Assembly: GCF_009914755.1 (NCBI RefSeq)
Contig: NC_060925.1
Length of the DNA: 64,000 bases
DNA from: the human T2T-CHM13v2.0 reference genome, Homo sapiens
Strand: one strand, 5' to 3'
The notes under the pieces are model-generated. The model was not told the origin of the DNA and did not search any database. It saw only the letters and a list, made by a program, of their open reading frames with translations. Made by a program: the position numbers and the translations under genes. Below, one piece after another: positions 30,476-43,079 of the stretch; the first letter of the stretch is position 1, and every line of letters begins with the position of its first letter.

Positions 30476-31371
30476 TGTTATGGATGGAACTGTGCCCCCG
30501 CCCCACCCCAGATTTATATGTTAAATTCCTGACCTCCAGGATACCTCAGAACATGACTCTATTTGAAGATACAGCCTTTAAAAAGGCAATTAGGGTCAAA
30601 TGAGGTCATTTGGGTGGGCCCAAATCCAGTATGGTGGGTGTCCTCAAAAGGGGAACTCCATGTGCCCTCCCTTCCCATCCTCCTTCCGCCATCTCTACAT
30701 GCTGCCATAATGGAATGCATGAACGCCCTGGCTGATGCTCTCAAGAACATCAACACTGGAAAAGGAGGCAAATGCCAGGTTCTTATTAGGCTATGCTCCA
30801 AAGTCATCATCTGGTTTCTAACTGTGTTGATGAAGCATGGTTACATTGGCAAATTTGAAATCGCTGATGATCACAGAGCTGGGAAAACTGCTGTGAACCT
30901 CACAGGCAGGTTAAACAAGTATGGAGTGATCAGGCCCAGATTTGATGTGCAACTCAAAGATCTAGAAAAATGGCAGACAAATCTGCTCCCATCTCGCCAG
31001 TTTGGTGTCATTGTACTGACAATCTAAGCTGGCATCATGGACCACAAAGAAGTAAGACAAAAACATACAGGAGGGAAAATCCTGGGATTCTTTTTCTAAG
31101 GATGTGATACATACTTACAAATAAAATGCCTCAGTGGAAAAAAAGAAAAAGAAAAGGGAGCGACATCAGGAGTGCACACACACAGAGAAAATGCTGTGAG
31201 TACACAGCAAGAAGGCAGCTGTCTACAAGACAGAGAGGCCTCAGGAGAAGCCAAATCTGCTGACACTTGATCCTAGACTTCCAGGCTCCAGAACTGTGAG
31301 AAATAAATGTCTATTGTTTAAGCCACCCAATCTGTGATATTTTGTGATGGTAGCCCTAGCAGACTAATACA
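30476..31371 (+). mobile_element. MLT1B solo LTR split by the RPS15A retrocopy
   Basis: 5' part tgttatgg...gtgtcctc (30476-30655); 3' part ...agaactgtgagaaataaa...gccctagcagactaataca (31156-31371). Confidence 0.85.
30666..31155 (+). pseudogene. RPS15AP9: Processed pseudogene of ribosomal protein S15a (uS8)
   Basis: Intronless. ATG at 30710 gives [12 protein letters not shown]...[25 protein letters not shown]...LLPSRQFG, with a one-codon deletion and a premature TAA at 31025; AGIMDH...TGGKILGFFF* then runs to 31099. AATAAA at 31120, A tail 31138-31155. The P9 number is from memory. Confidence 0.93.
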
Positions 31372-33045
31372 GGCAGGCAATGTAATAACTGCTTTTTATG
31401 AATTATCTCATTTAATTGTCACAGTTACTAGATGAAGTAGGTACTATTTAGACAGGCACTGCTAATATAAATTTTGCCCAAGCAGGAACTCTGTTCAGAG
31501 TATGCTCAGGCTTGACCCTGAAAGTAGGTAAGTAGAATACTCTGGCTCATAAATGGATGAGGTGGGGAGAGAAGTTTAATGGACACAAGAATTCCCTGAC
31601 ACTTGTGTATCTTTATCCAGATTGTATCTACCCGTTTGCTCCTTGTTCATTAAAGGAGAATGGTAATACCCTAATTTACACCAGGAAGACTTCTTACAAG
31701 TGTTTATTTATTAAACTGAGAAATCCTTTTTGATTATTCACTAATAATTTCTAATTTTTTCCTCTATTTTGTTCTTTCTTACCCATCTCCAGGGAATGGC
31801 TGGGTGAATGTATGTGCACATAGCATTTTCCTTTCTGTATATGCTGGCTAAAACTGTAGGTCTCAAAGGTTATCAAAAGTTCAGAAACAGATACAAGTAT
31901 ATGTAAGAAAAATACATATAATAAAATATTTTAAAAAGTCAGTGAGGGTAAGGATAAATTAACAAATGGTATTATAAAATCACTTGAAAAAATAATACTT
32001 AATTCTTCTCAGAATATACAAAAAATTAATTTCAGATTGGATTAAATATTTAAATGTTAAAAATAAAACATGGAAGCATTAAAATGTAAAGATTAATTTT
32101 TTGTATAATTGAGGGCTACAGAAGGCCTAAGTACTAAGGGAAGTACTTAAATATAAAGATAGAAACCAAAATAGAAATTATTGATAGATTTGACTATATA
32201 AAAGCAGTGTGGTGGGTCATGGCAAAGAGGCTAGAACCATATGTAATCTATTCTCAACATTAGTAGACTCAGGAGGATTTAATAATTAAATCTGTTCTTT
32301 CCAGGTATACTTGAGGCCAACAACAAGGAACACATAATCTGGTCTCAGGAAACATTTTGCATCATCTGGTAAAGGGATTTCTGCCTCATCAGATTACAGA
32401 CTACATGTGAAGCCTTGAAGGATAGCTCCAAGGAGATGCGTGAGCACAAGGCAGTGTCCTCACAGTGAGCTAGGAAGAGGCTTGCACTGTCACTGCCAGT
32501 CCGTTTGTGCATCAGAGAAGGCCTAAGCGTAATTGAGCAGTCATTGCTGTCTCCTCCAGGGAGAGGAACCATCCTCCTCACAGATGGCTGAAGATCTTAT
32601 GAAGCTGAACCTCCCAACAAATCCTCATATTTCGATACAAATAAGAATATGATTGTCAATATTCATACAATGTTTTAAACCTTATGTAGCAATTTTGCAC
32701 ATTCTTATACTCTTTCAGAAATAGTGTGGGTTGTGATGATAGATTTGGGTTTGAATTCTGGTTAACCTGTTGGCTATGTGATCCTGGGTGAGTTACGTAA
32801 CCTCTCAGAACATATTTTCTCCTCTATAAAATGGTGATGGTGATGGTGCTAGGGTCAAAATGATACCACCTTATGGGATAAGGATTGGATGAGAGAAATA
32901 CCTAGCTTGACCCATAAGAGGCACTCCATTTCCTTCCCTTTTATAAAGGTGGTTATTTGCATCAGTAGACCTCAGATTTCCACAATAGTTACATGTTTAT
33001 ATAGGTGATGTGTTCTCTTCAAACATGTCTCATGTTACATGGTGA

Positions 33046-33356
<311 letters not shown>

Positions 33357-34703
33357 TAACTCAGCAATGGGGCATGGAGGCGTTAATATCTGTATTGCTA
33401 TAAAGCACCCTTGAGCCTCCAGACTGAGAATTGTCAGTCTACAGTATGATACCCCAAGTATCTCTCATGAGTTTGATATTTTTGTGATACCTTATTCTTC
33501 ACTCTTAGTAGGTTTATTTCAATAAAGTAAGGCTTTGCTTATATGGGAGGGCAGTGCATTAAGCTAATGCAAATTATAGTTGATAAACTACCTTCTCATG
33601 TATCGCTGAATGCCAGGGAGCATTTTTGTTGGGGGCAGTGCTGGCGGGAGTTTTGATGGAAGTAATAGTAGAGAGATGGAGAGTACACAAGACCTAGAGG
33701 AGGGTTGATTGAACCATAAGGAAAAACAGATAAAAGGGAAGGTGAGAGGAATTGAAGACAATTATCATTTTTCTCATACAGCCTCATTTAGCAGGCTGAG
33801 ACTTGGCTGTTTCGGGAGTACCTGCTGCCTCTCACTAGAAACTGCCATCTTTATGCTATCACCCTGTCTCTCATCCAGTCTTACCTACCTGAGGTATAAG
33901 ACCTGGACTCACCACTTGAGTTATACATGGCTACCTGATCCATCTCTTCAAAGTCATATTAAATACTATAAGATTCTCAGATTTAATCTGTCAAAACCTA
34001 AATAGTTCTCCCTATAATGATACACGAATGGTTACAAATAAAGTTTGGAAACTGCAAATTAGAAAACTAGAGAGAAAGGAAGTGGTTCCAGTCTACCATG
34101 AGCAGCTCATAGGCTAGATGAACTGAACATAGCTTTTGGTTTGTTCTAAGGAAAGGATATAAGACCAAAGTGTCCATAAAGTTCTTATTTAAAGTAACTT
34201 TTAGAGTTTGGGGTAAGAGATCTTTCAATTGAAACTACTAAGAATACTTCTTAGGCCAGGCAATTTGAATTGATGAGATAAGATAAAGCTGAAGGTCAAA
34301 GTTATGACTTTGAGAAGAGTCAAGGCAATGCCATCATCAAGGGAGCCAATCTTCCAGTAGACAGGGGCTCCTGGAGTGAGAACTACAGACCTGCTGTTTC
34401 CAGGCTGCAAATTAATTGCATTGGCCCAGCAGACACCATCAGTAAACAAGCCTGCCAGGGAATATCTACTTGATCCTCTTTCACAGAGCAAACTTCCAAG
34501 GGCTGCCTGGGTCCCATCCTTATTTTGTTATCATCTTCAAGTGAGTCCAAGTGCACAGCAATGAAAAAAATGCATGTGTAGACTAAAGAAAAGAGTAACA
34601 TAACGGTGCGTTGGACCATGAAGTGATAGATAGCTTCATGAGGAAAGAAGAATTTTGGAGGGACCTTGATTATGGGCAAAATTTAAAGAAAGATGGGAGA
34701 CAG

Positions 34704-35396
34704 CAAATGTATCCATACTTCTGGAATGTTTTAGCTTTTGGCACTTAGGTTTGAGCATCCCCAGATGTCTGTGGTGTACCTCATAATCTGGTCCTTGCAG
34801 TTGGGCTGATGTGATAACATCTGTTATCTAAGGTATCTACTGTGTGCTCATGGACAAGGCATCTGTTTCTGTGACTCTGTTTATTTTCATTGATGACTCC
34901 CATATTGAAACTCCTGGGAATGATTCCATGAAAGATGAAATAAGCCAAGGTTCGAAGGAGCAAACAGTTCAAACACATAGTAATATAGTGGGAATTAGAG
35001 CAGCCTGATGGATGTGTGGAGACTTCACCAGCTGGAAGCAGACTGGGAATTACAAGTTTCATCAACAGAACCAAAGCACATGACATACGCCACAGGGCAG
35101 AATCCTTATTATGTAATAATAACCCCTGCACACTTCTCTCCCCCAGTTAACAATGCACAGATTGAGGTCATTGTGTATTTACAACCTGGAGATAGCTGAC
35201 AGCCCATACTTCACCTTGAAGTTTGACTTGTCTGTTCCCTCAAATGTGTCGACACTTCTGAAATGTTTTCTCCTTTGGCACATCGGTTTGAACATCCCCA
35301 GATGTCTATGGTGTACCTCAAAATCTGGTCCTTGCAGTCGGGGTGATATGACACATCTGTTGTCTAATGTACCTACTGTGTGCTCACGGACAAAGC
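34704..35396. repeat. Direct duplication of a 157-bp unit (34704-34860 and 35241-35396)
   Basis: Hand alignment: 21 mismatches and 1 gap, about 86% identity, offset 537 bp. Confidence 0.95.
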
Positions 35397-36076
35397 CAAA
35401 TAATTAATCTGGGCCGGGATTGTTCATGCTTTCACAGTTCGGTTCGGCATTGATCTCTTCTTGCAGAAGGCCTATATTGGGACCAAACTGGGAATGCAAC
35501 AGGGCAAAGTTGGTCTAAAAATCCTCTGGGAATTTTCCATTTGGCAATTAAATTTTCTGTAGATTACATCTCTCTATCAATTACCAGTGTGGCTTTTATA
35601 ATGTTATAAAATCTGAGCATAGCCAGTTACATTTCTTTTACCCTGAGTCTCTGGGTCTTTATCTGAAAAATTAAAGGACTAGAAAAGATGACTTTGAGTT
35701 TTTTACAGCTCTAATGTTTGAGAATTTAATAATTTCTCAGTAGTGAAAGTCAGATTTCTTGACAATATAGCAATTAGTTTGTCCACCTGTATGTACTCTC
35801 CTACATGTATCTGCCTGAAGCCCATTGCTACTGGTATCTCCCAAGATGGAAATGTGCCAAGCTGGTATAAGCCCAGTGGAATTTCACTAAGAAACTAGAC
35901 CCAGCCACTCAGCCCATACTCACAGTCTTATCTTTCCTCCCATTCATTTACCCATTCACTCAACAAACATTTATTGAAGGCCTGTTAAGTGTTAGGTACT
36001 AATCTTTAGAACCTGCTCTATGGCTTTTTAGTCCATCTTCCCTTCACTCACTTTTTTTGACAAACCAGGCAGACAA

Positions 36077-37715
36077 TGGTGTAGGAAATGTATATTTAAT
36101 CATTCTCTTGAACGATCAGAACTCTAAAATCAGTTTTCTATAACAACATGTAATACAGTCACCGTGGCTCCAAGGTCCAGGAAGGCAGTGGTTAACACAT
36201 GAAGAGTGTGGGAAGGGGGCTGGAAACAAAGTATTCTTTTCCTTCAAAGCTTCATTCCTCAAGGCCTCAATTCAAGCAGTCATTGTCCTTGCTTTCAAAA
36301 GTCTGTGTGTGCTTCATGGAAGGTATATGTTTGTTGCCTTAATTTGAATTGTGGCCAGGCAGGGTCTGGAGATCTAAATTCAGAGTAAGAAAACCTGAGC
36401 TAGAACTCAGGCATTTCTCTTACAGAACTTGGCTTGCAGGGTAGAATGAAGGGAAAGAAACTTAGAAGCTCAACAAGCTGAAGATAATCCCATCAGGCAT
36501 TTCCCATAGGCCTTGTCAACTCTGTTCACTGAGAGATGTTATCCTGGTGCCCGATAGAGTTCTGGCTCTCTGTGCTGAGGCAGCAGCCAAAGAGACAGAA
36601 TGCTTATTTGCCAATGACTAATGTGAGGAAGCAGACAGATTTGTTGGCTCCCCTCTTTCCAGGCCCTTTTCTACTCAAAACCAGGGTTTCTTAGCCCTGA
36701 CACAGTTGACACTTCGGATTGGGTAGTTGTAATGGGGAGACGTCCTGTACATGGTAGGAGGTTGAGCAGCATCCCTGGCCTCTATCCACTAGTTGGTAGT
36801 AGCACTGTATCCTCCTCCACTCCCTCATTGAGGTAACCAAAATTGTCTTCAGACATTCCCCCGGAGATGGGGGGCGAAATCACCCCAGCTGAGTCCCACT
36901 GCTCTAGATGCTATTGAAAACTGAGGTCTTAGCTGTCCACGCAGGATGGAAAGGAGAAGCCTCAGAGCTTGTGATGACATAATGCCATATAGACAAGGTG
37001 AAAGGTCCTTCCCTGGACCATTCACGGATGAACATCATCTGAGAAATAAACCCGCATTTGTTTGTTTAAAAAGAAGGTGCTCAGTTTATTTATAAAATCG
37101 GTGTCGCCGACTGCTCTGTTTATGCTAAAATTATGATCATTTTTCTCAACTTTGGCATTTGTCAGTTGGGAAGAGAAGCCAAGGCACCTTTGGAAGCATC
37201 ATAAAAAGTGAATCATTTGACCCATTACTAAAATGCAGCCGCCCCTGAGTTGCGAAGTGGCAGTCAATTAGCAGCGTCTTAGGGTACATACTACAGCTTA
37301 ATTTGTGGAATATAAGATGTGGATATGTTGGGATAGACTTTCCAGGGGCTTCCTCAGAGCAACATTACAGCACATATAACTAAAAATTCAGAGACAAAGA
37401 ACATGCACTATCCTGTCCTCTCACTCCCCAGGTGACAGGCAGGGGGAGGTCCCTGAGATCTGGGGATGCACTTGTCTCCACGTGCATTTTACTTATCACT
37501 CTTAACACACTTGTCTAGTTCACATGAATTATTTTCCCAACTTCTAATATGTCTTTGAAGATAGATTTATCTTGTTCATATTGGAGCCTTCTGCTTTTGG
37601 CTTCTTTTTGTTTCTTGCTCTTGTTTGCTCACTCCAGACTTCTAGATATGAATTCATTTCCTCCCAGAAATATAAAACTAGGTCATATCTGGTGGTGAAA
37701 TAGTTCTGTAGATCC
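36077..37715 (-). other. VTCN1: VTCN1 exon 6 (wholly 3'UTR)
   Basis: Acceptor tttccacaatcccag|GGATCT at 37715; ATTAAA at 36095-36100; proximal AATAAA at 37085-37090; 3' end approximate. Confidence 0.85.
36682..36901. mobile_element. MER20 within the VTCN1 3'UTR
   Basis: cagggtttctt...agcagcatccctggcctctatccactag...cagacatt...gggggcgaaatcacccca...ccactg. Confidence 0.8.
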
Positions 37716-38129
37716 CTGGGATTGTGGAAATAACAGCAATAAGATACCATTATAGCCATTCACAAAACAATTATTGAGAACTGAGAGCTTCCCTGCCACT
37801 GCGTGGTGTATCTCTTGTTTAGAAAGGGGCTTATTTTTCAGTATTTTGATGTTGTTCTATTGAGGCCACATGGTCCCATGGGTTGCTGGGGAAAAAGAGA
37901 TGGCTTGAATCTCTCCTTAAGGGGGTATCATCCCAGTGGCAGTCTCAAGGAAGAGAAGAGATGGGTCCTTATAGTAAATGAGAACTGAGAGGAGTCTGGG
38001 CAGGCTCCTGAATAGAGGTGGAAAGGTGGTTTCTGCCTCAATTCCTAACCAGGGAGTGTGTGTGGCCTAAAATGCCATTACCCATTATAATGTGTGTCTC
38101 AAATAATGTTCTATTCATTTACTTTTATC

Positions 38130-38423
38130 ATTATTTTTTTGAGACAGGGTCTCACTCTGTTGCCCAGGCTGGAGTGCAGTGGTGCAAACATTGGCTCACT
38201 GCAGCCTAAACCTCCTGGGCTCATGCAATCCTTCCACCTCAGCCTCCTGAGTAGCTGGGACCACAGGTGGACCTCCACACCTGGCTAATTTTTAAATTTT
38301 TTTGTAGAGATGGGGGTCTCACCATATTGCCCAGGTTGGTTTTAAACTCCTGGGCTCAAGCAGTCCTCCCATCTTGGCCTCTCAAAGTGCTGGGGTTACA
38401 GGTGTGAGCCACCATGCCCAGCC
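38130..38423 (-). mobile_element. AluJ-like element, VTCN1 intron 5
   Basis: TSD a(t/c)tcatttacttt. Confidence 0.92.
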
Positions 38424-40147
38424 TTACTCATTTACTTTAAAAAATCTACTTGATTTATGGTTATTCCTCTATGGTGCCAGGGAGAAAGAGGTGGACTGCA
38501 GCTAACTGGGTAATTGTATATAAGCCTACGTGTGCTGCATGTGAACATTATCCATTAGATGTATGTCGTGGATATTTTTTTAAAGCTGTAAATTATTACT
38601 CTAAGGGAATACAAGGTAAAGATGAGTCAGCTATGTTATATAGGACATATTATTTAGTTGCAGGTTATTAAACACTCATTTGCAGTGTTGTGGGGAATCA
38701 AGGAAAGAAAAAAGTGCTTTTCACTCTACTAGTGAGATTCCCAAGGGACAGTTTCCTTAGGGAAATCTCTGCTGACAACTGTGGAGGATTGGAAATGATG
38801 AAAACTGGCGGGTTTCCTTACAAAGAATCTCCTTTGTTCACTGCACTATAGTGAAATCTTGGAGAACAAGAGAAAGAATGAAAAGAAGCAGATCAACAGA
38901 TCTTTACCTGCCTCTGAGGACTTAGCAATGTAGGCAAGGAATACATGTACCCTGGAGAGTGTAAGACATAAATCATACATGCATGCCAAGAGGATATAAA
39001 ATACAAAGACTCTTGGGGAGGTGGGATATAAGCTAGGAAGCATTTTCCTAAAATGGATAAAGGAAGTAGTGGGTATAAATTGCCACAGAGTAGAGAAGAT
39101 TTCCAGGAAAAGACAGTGAGGGAGGGAGCAAGACCAGAAAGTAATGGTAGTTAGCAGGTAGTGGTAGGCAGCAGTAGTGGTAGGTAGTAATGGTGGGTAG
39201 GTATGCTTCTGTGACTTTGACTTCGATATAGTTATGCCCAGAGAGTCACTTTAGGCTCTGGAGCAAAGGAAGGCTATGATGAAATCGTGTTTCAGAATAC
39301 TTCGATTCTGGCACCGTGTTTCCTATCAGCTAAAACAGGGAAAGGAAGGAGCAGGTACAGTGTTTCAAAACCAGTCGGGGTGTGAGATGATGAAGGCTGG
39401 ATTAGGGTCAATCTGAGAGGCAACACAGGGGAAAATGTGATAGGTAGGGGTTGATAAGAAATTGACATGCGGGACAGAGGGGAGACAAAAATAGCTCTGA
39501 GGCTGTAACCCTGGAGGCTTGGTGGGGATGCCACTGAGTAATATGGGAGTATCGACTGGAACTTCATGATCTCAGCTTTATACACATTTCATATGCAGAA
39601 GAATATTCAAAAGGAAATATCCTAACAATAATTGGAGCCAGAGGACTGAAGTGAGAAGGAAATCTCAGCAGGAGGGCTAGTTGGTGAGTCATCTGCCAAC
39701 TGTCCACAGGGGCCGGCTGGAAGGGCAGGGAGGGGTTTTATGTGAATGATGATATGCTTTATAAATAACAGTGGAATCCAGGGTAATTACTCAGGGCTAA
39801 ATATCTCTTTCTCTTCAATAAGTTATTTTGCCTTCATTGATGACTGAGTAACTTAAAAGGTATTTGAATTTACATAAATACTTGAATTGTATGTTATTTT
39901 TCCTATGGGTCTGTCAATGAAGTCTATGCTGTTTGCTGACCTAACAAATGATTACCTTTCCCAGTACTAGTGGAAATAATGTCACAGCCCTGGTGTCATT
40001 AAATGTTTCTTTCTGTGGCTGATGCTGAAGGCTATCCGACTCTCATTAGGAGCACAAGCACCCACAGAACCAATATCCCACACTATTTGTGATTAATCTC
40101 ACCTGTTGTAACAATGACTTTGCATGCTTTTTTGTGGCCAAGGCACA

Positions 40148-40272
40148 TTATTTTAGCATCAGGTAAGGGCTGAGAGGCAGAAGTGCCCAGCTGATGGCAA
40201 AGAAAGAAGAGACACACAGAGAAGCCTTTGAGTTTAGCAGCTGTAGGTGACTCCGCCTTTTGATCTCCGATT
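40148..40272 (-). CDS. VTCN1: VTCN1 exon 5 coding part (ESEIKRRSHLQLLNSKASLCVSSFFAISWALLPLSPYLMLK*); exon continues to 40103
   Basis: cttcacag|AA, 125 nt to TAA; C-terminal hydrophobic anchor; donor ACAG|gtgaga at 40102. Confidence 0.96.
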
Positions 40273-40774
40273 CTGTGAAGTGAGAGAAAAAGTTTAGGGT
40301 CATACAGGAGAAGCTGGATGTCTTCTTCACATGACTGGTTAGCAAAGAAAAGTACCTGAAAAACAGAACAAGTTGTTCCTAATTCAGGCAATTTTTTACC
40401 CCTTTGCCCACCTCTCCGTAACTGGCTTAAAAGTAGAGCTTTCTCTTTCTTCAAAGAAAATTCCATTCTGTGGTCCACTCCAGTGAACACTCAGCCGAAT
40501 GAAAAACTATACCAATAAGAGATTGTTATGGGTTACCAAATAAAGAATAGGCTAAACAAACAGCCATGGCCAGTTCTTGGCTTGAGACGCATTTTCCCTC
40601 CAGGCAGTGATCTTTACAGGATCCACGTCATTACATTAGCTTTCATCATACCACTATAAAGTGTCTAGGAAGTATTATTCTCATTCTGAAGCAGAGAATG
40701 GTAGATGTAAAGAAATGAAATCATACTTCTTTTGCTCAATTTCCTCCCTAGACAATCCTATCTCTTTTATTTCA

Positions 40775-40970
40775 TTTCAGCTCTGTCACTTACCAGCTGT
40801 GTGACTTTAGGCAAGTTACTCAATGTATGTGCTCCAGTTTCTTCATCTATAAATAGGGCTAGAATACTAATAACCTACTTCATAGGGTTCTTATGAGGAT
40901 TAATGAGTTAGTGCATGCAAAGCACTTAGAACAGTGTCTGGCCTATAATAAGCACTCCATAAGTACTGGC
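40775..40970 (+). mobile_element. MIR
   Basis: MIR core ctctgtcacttaccagctgtgtgactttaggcaagttact...aaagcacttagaacagtgtctggc. Confidence 0.8.
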
Positions 40971-42580
40971 TGTAAAAACGACAATAAAGCCAACATCACT
41001 CAAGCCTAATAAATATCACTTTCATGCTAGTCATTTCCAAGTCTACCTCCTTAGTTTGAACTCTGTCTTGAGTTCCACATCTAGATTTCCAGTTGCTGCT
41101 AGATATGTCATTTAAAAACATAATTATTCAGTAAATATTTCTGAGTACCTACTATTGGGGTTCAAAGAAGTCCAATAAATAACAGCCTCTTCCCCAGCTT
41201 AGCTCTGAACCAATTAAAGAGAAGGACAAAAAAATAAGGCAACTGGAAGATCAAAATATCACCTTTAGTGCTGAAAATATGTTAATAGAGAATGAGGCTT
41301 TGTAGTTAGGCAAGTGGGCTACAGCCGAGACTCCCCACTGTCAGACAGAACCAGACTGGTGCAAGTCTCCTGCAGGAGCAGATTCTACCCCTGAACAACT
41401 GACGGCCTGCAGGAGCACAGCAGAATGTACACGGGCTTCCTGAGAGTTAGCAAAAACAAAAAGAAAAAGGAGGAGCTGAGCTACTTATGTCCAGCTGCTC
41501 CTAATATACTCATCAATCAGATAAATTAATTCCTTGTTCTCTCAGGAAGAGTGAAAGAGGGAGGAAGAGAGAGGCTAAAAAGATGACACTGGTGGGGATC
41601 CCTTCTCATAAAAGGAAATATATGGAGTAAGGGTGTAGTGTTCTCCCCAAAACCTATCACATGCTGGCTATTGTGCTAAGCACTGGGCATCTCTACCTGG
41701 GTACACTATGGGCATTTCAAACTCGACATCTCTAAAACCCTTATCTACTCCCCACACATATTGCTCCTATGTTTTGGGGTGGGTTTTTTTTTTTTTTCTG
41801 GTAGCATCACCAACCTCCTAAGTATCCTGGGTAGAAATATCAAACCCACTTTGACTTGTGATTTCTCTTGACTTTCACATTTGCATCACCAAGGACTGTA
41901 CATTATTTTGTTTATGCAACTTTTGATTCTTCCCCCTTTTCTTTCCCATTGCCCCTGCTCCAGTTAATACTCTCATAATTTCTCCCCCAGACCATTACTG
42001 TAAGCTCCTGACTTCAGGTCTTCCCATTTTATCCAAACCATTTTTTTTCTTCTTCAAAACCCAGCCGGAACTCTGCCTTATCTATGGATCCACTTCAGTC
42101 ATAATTAACAACTCTTTCCCATAGGTACTAAATCTACACTGTGATTAACTTCTCTTTTGATACTTATGCTATTCATTTCAGTATCTCAGGGGGCTTAAAA
42201 AAGTACTCTGAACATACTTGGCACACAATAGATATTTGTTAAATGAATGACCTAAATTAGCAGTATAGGCAGAGAACACAATATGTAAATCCCATGGCCC
42301 TACTTGTTTAAAAACATGCATGGAGCACCTACTTTGTCTACAACAATAAGAAATTCTGCTATTTTCTTAATTTTGAGCTACCAAAAGTTGTATTTCATCC
42401 TAGCCTGACACTTCGAACACTTGTTTTGATGTATCCAACAAACATGTAAAGAAGACAGATCTGTTAATTGAATAAAAGGTGTGCTCAATGTCTATGTCTT
42501 GTTCAGTTGTGGCCCTTGCTACTAGAAGACATTATTTACACAGCTTGGAGCTTTTTACTGGGAACTGGACTGAGATACTG

Positions 42581-43025
42581 TTGTCAGCACCCATTGTTTT
42601 AAATGACCAATACTTCAGTCCCTCCTTCTCTTCTGGGAAGGCCTTTCATCAGATACTGCCTCATTGGCCTAGGTATGGGCAGCTGACCCAAGTGGAGTCA
42701 AAGTCCTTCTTGGGAATGTAGAATGAGACTGATGAATTGAGGTTCAGTCTCACCACTCTCTTGAGTAAGAGATTTTTAAATATAGGAATGCTTGGCAATC
42801 ACGTCTTGCCATATGGACTAAAACAAGAGAGTAAAGAGAGAATTAAGTAGAAATGAGAGAAAAAGAATCTCAATGGGATTTAAGTTCCTGGTTCCAGTTG
42901 ATCCTGAAGTCAACTGAACTTCCTGTCTTTGGTTCCACAACATTCTAGTACACTTCCTACACTTCCCTTTCAGACTAGATTTATTTATATTGGTTTTCTG
43001 TTACAGGCAACTAATAATCCTAACC
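42581..43025 (+). mobile_element. Old MLT1 (J/K-like) LTR remnant
   Basis: cattggcctagg..gggcagctgacccaa...ttggttttctgttac..gcaac. Confidence 0.45.
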
Positions 43026-43079
43026 AGGATAGTTGCCAATTTGTTCCTCAAGATGGTGCAAGAGCTCTCGCTCTCATAT

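Noticed and set aside
30563-31027. 154-aa ORF suggesting an LTR-RPS15A fusion protein
   Set aside because: It starts at TTG inside the LTR; the first ATG is the pseudogene's own, and the frame is truncated
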